A stretch of DNA of 59,371 nt, filler included, from Jimgerdemannia flammicorona (taxonomy: Eukaryota): the NCBI GenBank assembly GCA_003990765.1. It is 3 parts of 3 records of this genome, joined end to end, with 100 filler letters (N's around TTAATTAATTAA, not from the genome) between each part and the next. Parts side by side here need not be neighbours in the genome. Positions count along the whole stretch, not along the records: positions 19,838 to 39,554 come from RBNJ01001865.1; positions 39,655 to 59,371 come from RBNJ01001866.1; 1 more part is not named here. One strand, 5' to 3'. Under the pieces are notes generated by a model. It saw nothing but the letters and a program-made list of their open reading frames with translations. It had not been told where the DNA came from and did no database searches. The position numbers and the translations under genes are program-made. Shown piece after piece: positions 37,836 to 49,300 of the stretch (positions are counted from its first letter, which is position 1; each line of letters starts with the position of its first letter).

Positions 37836-39554
37836 TGTGACATTGGTTATGTATAATGAACTTCGACTGTATGGCTCAATGTGTACCACTGGTGAAGCAC
37901 GCGATGGATAACTGAGTGCGTTGGTGACGTTCGCGGCGGTTACGGGTTGGTGGTCACATGATCAGCTTGTTTGATTTGTGCGATAACTGATAATAGCAGG
38001 ACTTCAATTGTTCGTTGGCTCAGGACGTCGATGGTTATTCAACGGCTCAGGACATCGATGGCTCAATGGCTCAATTGTTTAGTGGATAAGGGCGTTTCCT
38101 GGCGGCAAACTCGGCGACGACGGTCTTGACGGTCTTGCTCTTTATGCGGTCAATTAAAGCGGTCGACAGTCTTGACTTTAAGCGGTTCGTGGCGCAGTAG
38201 GTCAGGAATCGGAGAAGCGGAGGTTGACGGCTCGCTCATCCATCTTAACTTGTTAGGTTCCTGGCGGTCGTTCGGGTCTTTGGCAGCTGTCTTGTATCCT
38301 TTGGCTGGGTATCCTTAGGTTTCCGGGTCTTGAATCTCGAATGGCAGTCGAATTGCATGGTCCGAATAGCGGTCCGAATGGCGGCGGTCGGGTAACATTT
38401 TCTTTAAACACAAACTGACTGAATTGCGGGTGGTCCGTGGTCTTGAATCCTTTTCGTGGCAGCAAAATTGGCGGGCGGTCCGTGGTCTTGAATCCTTGGC
38501 TGGGTAACTTGGGTCTCGAATGGCAGTCGAAATGGCGGTCTAGTGTGGCTTTCCTTAGCGGCGGGTCTTGAACGTTTTCTTTCTTTCCATGGCAAGAGAA
38601 AATTCTTTAACTCAAACTTCCGAGCGATCCGTTGCTCTAGGTTATCTTGTTCTCAGAATTTATCCAGTCTCTTGGAGGCAGTGTGTTTTCTCTGTAAAAC
38701 TGTCTGACTGAGGTTTATTCACTCTAAGAATATGGGTTATTTATACAAGTTTGCTAGCTATGAGGGGGCGCGACTAAGGCTAAGGTATACTACGTTGTGG
38801 CAAGCTATACTATTGGCTTGCATGATGTAAAGGGCTGACTTGCTGACAAGATGCTGAAAATGGTTGCACTGGATAGCAACGCTGGATTCGGTTGTGCTGG
38901 GTAGCAATGCTGGATTCAGTTGTGCTGGGTAGCAATGCTGGATTCGGACTTGCTGACTTGCTGACATGGACGGATATGGATGCAGCGATTGTTGCCAGAA
39001 ACAGTTGTGGAGGGTAGCAATGCTGAAAATGGACTTGCTGACAAAATGCTGAAAATGGTGGTACTGGGTAGCAACACTGGATTCGGATGAGCTGACATGA
39101 TTGCTGATTGTTGCCAGAAACGATTGTGGAGGGTAGCAATGCTGAAAACGGACTTGCTGACAAAATGCTGAAAACGGTGGTACTGGGTAGCAATGCTGAA
39201 AATGGATGCTGACTAAAAGCTTGGTTTTCATAGCTGATAGGCGGTACTCTAGAGGGAATAGTACCATTCATCTGCGGTGGGCAAATCTTGCTGGGTTGCG
39301 ATTTCTTCTTCATCATATCTCTCCTCAAAAGGGGGAAGCGCCGGCCAAGAGGTAAGGGGGTAGAAAAGTGGCCAGTCATCTTCAACAACATTCTCCAACC
39401 CTTGAACAGCTTGAATGCAGACAGAGGACTGGTAGACTCTCTGTTGCTCCTCTTGTTCTTCTTCGTCAGTTTCAGTATCAGAGGGGGTTTCCTCAGGGGC
39501 AGGGTCTTGGAGTTCTTGGGTCTCCTCTTCAAAGACAGGAACTTCTTGGGCTTC
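37836..39554 (-). mobile_element. Family B LTR, truncated by the assembly gap
   Basis: Reverse complement of ~42385-43933. Includes the 3' end of the B ORF (39249-39554), the repeat arrays and the TATA/AATAAA module. Confidence 0.88.
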
Positions 39555-39654
39555 NNNNNNNNNNNNNNNNNNNNNNNNNNNNNNNNNNNNNNNNNNNNTT
39601 AATTAATTAANNNNNNNNNNNNNNNNNNNNNNNNNNNNNNNNNNNNNNNNNNNN
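39555..39654. other. Assembly gap spacer (44 N + TTAATTAATTAA + 44 N)
   Basis: Same artificial linker as 19738-19837. Confidence 0.97.
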
Positions 39655-40842
39655 TTTTTCTTTTTTCTTTAACGGACTCATGTCCCGCGGATTTTTATTG
39701 GAAGGGAACCTAGACTATATAGGCCAAAACCCTCCCCCACAACCCATCAAGCACTGCCCCCCTATTAACCTAGGCTAACTATTGTCCAGCAGCTCAACCA
39801 TACCAGGCACAGTAGGGCCTATGTTGGCCCGCATCTCATTCTGTGCACCATGCTCTCCCTACAACCAGGGGAAACCCAGCTATATGCCAATGACTGAAAG
39901 CACATACCCGAGAACCCAATGTATGTACAAGGCCATGCCCAAGCCGAATAGAATAGCCCCTGCCACTCCAAAGAGAGTGACAGGTAAAGAAAAACCCTCA
40001 TCAAAGCACAGCACGGTGGGTAGAGCCTGGTTCTCCCAGTCGAGGTAAGTAAAGGACTTACACATGAGGCAGGAGGAGACCCCCAATACCCCACTACTCA
40101 AGCCTGCGGGCCTTGATCACATTGCCATATCAGCTCTCAGTTCCAGTTGAGTGTAGCCAAGATGCCTGAAATGGGTAGCCTCGGGCCCCCTGACCCCCCC
40201 TGACAACTGGGACCCAATCCTGCTGACCGCCAAAAGAAGCTGAGAGTGACACCTACCACCTAACCACACCGCACCAATTAAAAGGCCCCACTGAAGCAGC
40301 ACCTGCCCCAGCCCTGATGACTGCCCCCAGCCTGGCACCCTACTGATTCACCATTATCACCCTTCTTCCTATCTGTGATGGCCATCTCCCCTCCCATCCC
40401 AACAACACCCAAAAAACAGTCACCTATGCCAGAACCACACTCATCAGGAAGCTTGCCAAAGCCAGAGGGCCCCACCACAGGCACTGAGGACCTGCAGGTA
40501 ACCTACACTGAGCACTTGATGCCCAAGGTCGGCCGACTCCCTATGTAGCCCAAGACACACTGAGACAACTCCTTGTTGGCAACAGTAAAAGGAAGAAGGC
40601 ACTGCACCAAAACAGGTACACCCCAGATACAGCTAAAAGCACCAGAATCTGCAAAAAAGTGGAGGAAGCACCAATCTGACACCAATAAAGGGGCAACTCA
40701 TCACTATTGCCCTCCTCCCACCATACCCCTGCAGGCACAGCAAACCAACCCAAGGTAGAGGGGGGGTAATAATAGGGGAAAGGGGACTTGGAAGGTTGCC
40801 TACCAAACCTTGTGACCGGTAAGATAGTAGAGAAAGGAGCTG
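39655..40842 (-). mobile_element. ~1.2-kb non-coding poly(A)-tailed element (non-autonomous non-LTR-like), copy 1
   Basis: Inverted homolog of 58185-59371 with the same 5' boundary CAGCTCCTTTCTC. AATAAAA and an A-rich tail on the minus strand. Confidence 0.65.
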
Positions 40843-41707
40843 GTCATTGATATATTCAATCTTTGCCTAGACTAGTAATCTCTATAAGATCAAGAATTAT
40901 ATTCTCAAGAATACTAAGAGTTATACTAAGATCTTATAGACCTGCACTTTCTTTAATTTTAACATTTAGCAGCTCTAGCAATTCAACTGAAACAAACTCA
41001 GAAACTAAAGAGAAATCAGAAAATAGTGATATTGAAATAAAAACAATACTATCTACATTTGCAAGATATCTAGGAGAAGATACAAAAGCATTCTTGAATA
41101 CTATCAAAGAAATTGTAGCTCTGAAAAATCTGATACTATAAAGACAAATTTCTATCTTTAAGATCTAGCTAAGAGAGTTAGTCAAAGAAATTTTTACCAG
41201 AATAGTAAGTAACTAAAGTACTAATCTAGGATATGTCATAAATATTATAGATTTATATACTCAATAATACAAAACCATTATCTACTAGATAATTGAAAAG
41301 TAAGTAGAAATAGAAATTTATTATAAGACTTAAGAATCTATTATAAATATGAAAATAAAACTTAAAGAATCTTTATGAGTATTTTTCACAGAAATCTAAA
41401 AAAAAAATATACTATCTGATTCAATACTACTAATCAAAATATCATTGACCCAATAATCTTTATGAATGAGATCTCTCCTAATATTGATCAATATATCTAT
41501 TGTGACGTAAGCAATTGACAACAGAGTACCGGTGACTGCTAAGATCAGACGACATAATGGCGTGACAATCAAATAGACAGCCTGACCCATTAGGTGATCA
41601 TCCCAAAAGAAGACAAGATGATCCGAGCCAAAATGAAGACCACGTTATTTAAGGAACCATACTCCGCCTCAGGGATCAGCACCAAAGAACCAAGTACCCA
41701 CCACACA

Positions 41708-42683
41708 ATGCCTCCCATTCGCCGATCTAACCAGACCTCCTGCCGCTCTACCCCTTTGTCTGGCCCAAAGACCCTGATCTTCGAAGCTATCAAAAAGGCC
41801 ATCTGGCGCCCAGATACTTCTGAACACTTGAACTTCTACACTGAGGACCTTGGACACTTCATCAACTACCGGTATATAATGACCCAGCAGCTCAAAGACA
41901 CTACCAAATGAATGACCCTCTGGCATGACTACGAAATCAGACACCGCCTTTGCAATGAGACTCAAGAAGACGACCGGGAAGGCCTCATTATCGAATTGAT
42001 AACCACTAGCCGGCTAATCAAGAGAGCCCTCCGTGTCCACCAAATCTTCTGCCATATTCAATGGGCCATAGCACACTTGCAAGGAGTAACAGCTGGAAGC
42101 CTCTCCCGCCTTTCAACTGAAGATGCTGACTGGATAGAATCTGAAGTAGCCAACTCTACTGGCAGCAATCGCGTCGCCATAGGAAGCCAACAAACCGAAC
42201 CTACTCAGCCAGGCTTCCACACCACCCCACTCCGAGACAACCATCAAGGTCACCTAATGAGTCTTATGGAGATATTTGAAGGTCCACCCATTACCATAGA
42301 AGCACCCGTTGGAGCTACCCCAACCACCCACCACCCTGTCAGCCACAATTCACATCTCATCATTTGGGAACTGAATCAAGAAGAAGCCCAAGAAGTCCCT
42401 GTCTTTAAAGAAGAAGCCCAAGAACTCCAAGACCCTGCCCCTGAAGAAACCCCCTCCGATACTGAAACTGACGAGTTTTCAGAAGAAGAAGAGGAGCAAC
42501 AGAGAGTCTACCAGTCCTCTGTCCGCATTCAAGCTGTTCAATGTTGTTGAAGATGACTGGCCACTTTTCTACCCCCTCACCTCTTGGTCGGCGCTTCCCC
42601 CTTTTGAGGAGAGGTATGATGAAGAAGAAATCTTAACCCAGCAAGATTTGCCTGCTGCAGACAAAGGGTACTATTTCCTCTAG
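41708..42683 (+). pseudogene. LTR(U3)-encoded accessory ORF, family B, ~328 codons, homologous to the family A ORF
   Basis: MPPIRR...IFEAIKKAI...GHFINY...LWHDYEIRHRL...VHQIFCHIQWAIAHL. One TGA at 41909, and an 11-nt deletion near 42540 relative to the minus-strand copy, which reads on to ...EWYYSL*. Confidence 0.78.
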
Positions 42684-42719
42684 AAGTACCACCCATCAGC
42701 CGTGAGAATTGTGCAGCCT

Positions 42720-43010
42720 TCATGTCAGCGTTTTGTCAGCAAGTCCGAATCCAGTGTTGCTACCCAGCACAACCATTTCCAGCGTTGCTATCCAGTACCA
42801 CCGTTTTCAGCATTTTGTCAGCAAGTCCGAATCCAGCATTGCTACCCAGCACAACCGTTTCCAGTGTTGCTATCCAGTACCACCGTTTTCAGTGTTTTGT
42901 CAGCAAGTCCGAATCCAGCGTTGCTACCCTCCACAACCGTTTCTGGCAACAATCAGCACTCCTGCCTGCTCATCCGAATCCAGCATTGCTATCCCCTACA
43001 ACCCAATCCG
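42720..43010. repeat. 82-bp higher-order tandem array (core TTGCTAYCC) in LTR B U3
   Basis: TTTTGTCAGCAAGTCCGAATCCAG at 42731, 42813 and 42895. Rearranged version at ~38830-39210. Confidence 0.88.
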
Positions 43011-43319
43011 TAGTAAACAATAGCCTGCACCTCGCATCATGCAAGCCAATAGCATAGCGAAGTTTGCCACAACGTAGTATACCTTAGCCTTAGTCGCGCC
43101 CCCCCCATAGCTAGCAAACTTGTATAAATAACCCATATCCTTAGAGTGAATAAAGCCTCAGCCAGTTTGTGTTTAAAGTTAAAAAGGATTACAAAGAAAC
43201 CACTGCCTCCAAGAGACCGGATAAATTCTGAGAACAAGATAACAACCTAGAGCAATGGATCGCTCGGAAGTTTGAGTTAAAGAATTTTCTCTTGCCATGG
43301 AAAGAAAACGTTACCCAAC

Positions 43320-43610
43320 CGCCGCCATTCGACTGCCATTCGAGACCCGAGACCCAGCCAAGGATTCAAGACTACGACCGCTGTGCATTCAGACCGCCAT
43401 TCAGACCGCACATTCGACCGCCATTCGAGACCCGAGACTCAGCCAAGGATTCAAGACTATGACCACCGTGCATTCAGACCGCCATTCGGACTGCGCATTC
43501 GACCGCCATTCGAGATTCAAGACCCAGGCAACACAGCTAAAGAACCCCAGGAACCCAAGTTACCCAGCCAAAGGATATAAGACCGCTGCCAAAGACCCGA
43601 ACGACCGCCA
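43320..43610. repeat. CpG-rich GACCGCCATTC / CAGCCAAGGATTCAAGAC array in LTR B U5
   Basis: Directly visible short repeats. Variant array at ~38260-38540. Confidence 0.8.
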
Positions 43611-46316
43611 GGAACCTTTCAAGTTAACCAAGATGGACGAGCGAGCCGTCAACCTCTGACCTACTGCGCCATGAACCGCTTAAAGCCAAGCCCATCGTCG
43701 CCGCATAAATTCAAGTTCGCCGCCAAGTTATTCGCCGCCCTTTTCCACTAAACAATTGAGCCACCATCGTTGAACAATCAAAGTCCCGCTATTATCGCAC
43801 GAATCGAATGACCTGTCATGTGACCATCGACCTGCGAACGTCACCAATGCCTTCAGTTATACATCGCGTGCTTCACCAAGTGGCACATTGAGCCGTGCTT
43901 GAAGAGAACTAGGGATACAAACCGAATATCACACTATATTCTAACTATTAAGAGATCTGAAGAATAAGTAGATACTATCTAAGAATACTTTATTACTAAA
44001 TTAGAAATTATTGAAATAATAATAATAGAAAAGAAAATAAGAAAGAACTTTTGATCAAAATTCTACAAGGAATTCTCCAAGGAAGTCTAAGAGAAAAAGA
44101 ATCAATAAAGGAATAAAAGAAAGACAGAAATGAAATTCAAGATCTCAGCTCAAAACTAAACTAACTAATTGAATAAATTGAATAACTCACTATATATAAA
44201 AATTGAAGCTATCTATGAGAAAATAGAAACTATCTATTATGAGGAAATCAGAATTATATATCTTATAAAAATAGAAGTCTTTTATTCTAAGATAAGATAT
44301 AAGTTTTATATTATAACTATAGTTAATAAGAATAATATACTACAGAATATAATAATAAAAGAAGTAGTCAAAGAGACTCTGAACTACTATATAAATGAAA
44401 GAAATATATCTCAGTATAAAATGACTGAAGCTCACTCTATTGAAGACTATGAGAAGAGTAATAGTAAAGACTATAGTAATCTAGACTTATATTTTACAAA
44501 GGTTATCTCTGGAACAACAGTCTACTCTACTGAGAAGAGAAAGGTGAATAAATATAGACTAGTCAGAAGGTCAAAAAGAAGAAGAAAAGACTAAAGAGCA
44601 GGTCAATATATCTTGCTCTCTCTCATCCTTTATTATAACAACTGATAAGCTACTACCAAAATCAAGAGATAAAGAAATAAAAGAAAAACAGGAGATTGTA
44701 ATTCTAAAATCCAAAAAGAAATATATTCTGAAGACTATATCTCAAGCTATTTATAATAAAAAGTAGAAGAAAATTCAGAAAGCTAAGATAAAGTCTCTCT
44801 TCTATAATTTTTATAATTAATATCTGCTGAAGTTAGAAACAAACTATTGAGAACTATCAGATCTAATATAGGACAAGTTCCTATCTTATAATAAGATCTG
44901 TCTACTATATAAACTATAGAAAGAAATATCAGTATTTACTTATATAAAGATATTAAAGAATAAAAGATAAAAATCTTTATTAATATATAAGTAGCTATCT
45001 ATATTATTGAAAAAATTTTAGATATACTCTAGTGACCTATTGATAGACTATTCAGCTTCAGTATTATAGTAGTAGATAGTATCTGAACCCAACTTCTTGA
45101 AGAAGTCTGAAATATTACTATTACTCTTAGATCTATCTAGTTTTTTATATTAAAGACTATTGTAATCAAATCTGTCATCTATAATAGAATTCTTAATATT
45201 AACTAAATAAAGAAGATAAATACTATTGTTGATATTAGTCAATAGATATTCAAAATTAACTATAGAGGAAAGAAATACTAAATTAAAGTAATTAGCTTAA
45301 AGCAATTTAAAAAGAAGAAGAAAGGTACATTTACTATAGATAAAGAGAAAGAATTTAAAAATAACAATGACTCAAGGCTATATCTATAAATTAATCTAGT
45401 AGATAATAGACTAGAAAATAATATATAGGCTCAAGATACTATGTATTCTCAATACAATCAGTACTAGCTGGATAAACTAAATAATATACCAAATATATCA
45501 AGAGATATAAATGTCCGAAATACTTCTATAGGATCATTAAAATTAGAAAATCTCCTAGTATTGTATATTTTGAATATAGTATAATAAGTGAATACTATAG
45601 TATAGTCTGATGATATATAAAGAATATCTAGTATAGTTACTCTATATAGTTACTTATATATACTACAATTTATATAAATAATCAGATATATCAAATTGAA
45701 TATATTGATTTTATCCCAGATAGAATATCTGTTGTAACTAAAATACTTATCTCAAGCAAAATACCTGCTCTAACTAGAATACTTATTTAAAACAAAATAT
45801 CTGTTCTAACTGAAATATCTTCCTAAATTAGCTCTACTATATATTTTATAATTATTAGATAGCAATTACACTTAAATAAAATACTTCAGAGATTTGAGTA
45901 AATAATCTATAGTCTGAAAAGTCTAAAAGTAAAAGACAAATTTACCTAATATACATTGAGAGATATATCTACTAAGAGTTACTTAATTTTAAAGAAAAAG
46001 GATTTAAATACTTAAGAGAAGCATCTACTTTAAAGCTACTATTCAGAAGATTGTATGTTTAATTCTACTCTAGTCCACTTTTCAATATAAAGAAGATATC
46101 AGCCAATTTTGATTTACTTACCAGATTAAATATAAAGAACTTAGCTACTACTTTATATCTACTACTTTGAGAAATCTGCAAATTATACCAAAATTAGAAA
46201 ATTAATAAAATTATTTATATTATATAAACAAGAGAACTTAATCTATTTTTGAGAGAGAAATCACCAAAGATTTTATTACTTTTTGATAAAGTAATCAAGA
46301 GCTTAAGCTAATCTAT

Positions 46317-49300
46317 TAGAACAGTGACCTCAGAATAATGATATCAGTACAGGAGACAGTCTTTCCTTACAAGCCACCAGATTGGAGTACAAGAAGATTA
46401 TATAGTATGACTCACCCAGACTATAAGATAAGTAATGATGACCAACTATAAGTCATTGTGACCACAAGACAGATATCTTGAGGAATAGAAAAGAAGGATC
46501 AAGAAACTGTAGTAGCAGCAACTTAAACAAGGCTTATAGAAATAGTTCAAAAGACTTACTATAAACAAAATACCTGCTGCTTACCAAACCTCAAGGTCCA
46601 GGAACTACTAAGACTCCTCAGTTTAGGAAATAATATTCTAAGACATTAGAAGAGCCATAAGGACCTGTATAAGAAGAACTCTTAGCCTCAACCTGAGTAC
46701 TGGTGACTCTTATCATTATATCCTCTGCTACTGTGAAATGGAAATAAGGATCACTATCACTACTGAATATCTCTGGATGTGGCAGAAATATGAAATAGGA
46801 AACCTCCTCTGCTAGGAATTCCCTCAGGGCAGTTACCAAGAAATACAAGATACTACCCCCATAGATATATGTAAAATAAGAATAGCTAAGAAGATTTATC
46901 AAGTCTTCAGGTATATACCATGGTTGATCCCCAACTTAGAGTATATTAGAATCTCAGTTATCAATGAACTGTCAGCCCACTGTACTAATGTACTGAAGGT
47001 CATAGTGGCCACAAAAGCCTAGTCTACTATTACCCTCAATAGTGATGAGGTAGGAGAGTTCTGGAATCCCATCCTTAAGGACAATTTTGATCAATTCCTA
47101 TAAGAATTGATCTCAGCATTCCAAGGCCCCAGTATCTGGGTTAGACCTCCCCAAGACCCCACATTTGTTCCTTATTTTGTGGAAGAGAATGTCATAGATT
47201 GGAGAGCCCTGGATCTTCTTGCTCTCCCCACCACTACTGAATGTGATGATGTCATCCTGTGTGATATATGCAAAATATATGAAATAGATAAAGCATTTGC
47301 AGACCTCATCTTCTTTGAAGACATCCTGTCTCTGATCTCTAGCCTTGATGATAGTGATGAAGATGAAGCCCCCATGGTCCTGAACTTTCTGCTCTAATTT
47401 CTTGGTGACACTGAATTCTATCAGCATCCTTTTTCTATATAACTGTTATTCTTCTGGCATTCTGATCGTATATAACTCAGAAATTCTTCTGGTATCCTTT
47501 TCCAAATCCTCCTAGTGACCCCTCTCTCCATCTGGCCTCCTTCCTACCCCCAGCCGGGCCCCTATAGCAATCCAAAAGTCCCCCAAAACCTCACACTCTC
47601 CTAGCCAATGTTCTGGCATCTGCATAACTCCCTCAGCTTGTCCTACATTATAACACTCCTCACAATCCAGGTGGCCACCATCCACCAGATGCCCAGCATG
47701 GAAATTTAACATAACATTCCTCTGCAGCATTTGCCACCAAACTACCCAGAACTTGGGAGGAAGCCACCTCCATACCTCAGCACTCCAGGACCAGATTCCT
47801 ATCTAGTCCCACTCCTCACCAATCCCCACTGCCTACCAACTCCTTGGCCAAAGATCCTGGCCAAGTTCCCGCTGACACTCCACCCCATCGCTAATGTCAA
47901 ACTCAGCAAGTGGAGTCCCCCCTAGAAGTAGTTGGTCCCATCGCCACATAGCAGGGCCCCACACCACCTCTCCCTCATTGCAACACCAGCACAGGCCTAT
48001 CCAGTGTGCTCCATCCACCACTCCCCAACAGAAGCCCTTATACCTCATCCGCTAGCTTCCATTCAGACCCACCAGAGAGATCAAATCTCCTGAGGACCCT
48101 CGAGGGGAGAATCTCATCTCCTACACCTTCTGCATCAGTGGTACCCAACCTCCTTCCTTCAGCTCTACTGCTCTTTTCAACCACCAAGCTCGCAGACAGT
48201 ATAGCTGCTTAGAGAAATCTACCAGACCTAGGCCTCTCTTAATCCCTGGCTCCTCTGGTATCCTTTTCCTATACCACTGAAATTCTACTGGCATTCTAAA
48301 CTTATACAACCACTTATATAGATACTTGAATTTGTACTTACAGCTGTAGGTTTCCATGTTCTAGTATTTTATTTGGTTATTGAAATTTATATTTAGCTTT
48401 ATAACTTAGCAATTATTAAATTATATTTTGTATAAATACCCCTCTTATTTCTTTTGAAATAAAGTCAGTTCCAGTTCACTTACACTCAATTCTATATAAG
48501 TAATCTAAGAGATAACAAGACAGTTTAAAGATAAGAAGTTTGAGGACTATAAGACCTTAGAAAGGTACTCCAATAAGAACTTGCTTATAACAAACTTGTG
48601 GTTAGTCTAAGAGATATACCTTGAAGAGAATCTGATATATTTGAAGAACTCAGTAACTATTACATGACAACTTGGTGTCTATTGGCTGGTGATTCAAGAT
48701 GAATTCCTCACTTTCAACCTGAAAAATAAACAATCACCATAACAACTACCCTGACTACAAGAGTCACCCCTGCAAGAATTCAAGATAAGATTGAAATGTA
48801 TCCCCCTACATTCTATGAATATACTACTGAAGAGTTAATCCTGATCTTCATTGAAGACTTTGAACAATTCACTACTATATGAGTCCTCATGTAGATGCAC
48901 AATTGGCCCTTCTATCTGTTAGCCTCAGAGGACCTGCCAGAGACAAGTTCAATGTAGCCACCATTGTTGATGCTAGTGTAGCCAAACTTGCCAACATGAA
49001 GACCTTTCTCAGAACTATATACTATACTAAAGAGATCAAGCAAGCTCTCAAAAATCAACTCAACACTATCTGCCAGAAACTCAGTGAAGATCCCAACTCA
49101 TTTTACACTTGAATCTATCACCAGATTATCTTGGCTGGCTATGATGATGCCCTCAAGGAATGAATAGCTAATTCAATCTTCTTCAAAGGAGTTTACTCTG
49201 AAATTGTCCTAGCAATCTGGTCTACTTTAGCTACACTGACCCTTGATCAGAAAGTGGTCTTTGTATAGAGATATTAGCCTGCTAGACACCCCACTGAACA

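Larger units (their letters stand above)
41501..43933 (+). mobile_element. Solo LTR, family B (2433 bp)
   Basis: TGTGA...TCACA termini with a perfect 4-bp TSD CTAT. TATAAATA at 43123 and AATAAA at 43149. Confidence 0.9.
40843..46316 (+). mobile_element. Heavily decayed gypsy relic (family D gag/protease), host of the B solo LTR
   Basis: Gag-like FARYLGEDTKAFL and protease-like ...FKINYRGKKY near 45270. Paralogous to ~56390-58060. Confidence 0.6.

Noticed and set aside
38758..39532. ORFs with repeated QHCYP / ALLPSTT peptides (also 42702-43057)
   Set aside because: Translations of the LTR B tandem array, open in several frames.
37836..43933. Inverted B copies as terminal inverted repeats of one element (DIRS or DNA transposon)
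   Set aside because: The plus copy has its own TSD (CTAT) and sits inside a family D relic, and an assembly gap separates the copies.
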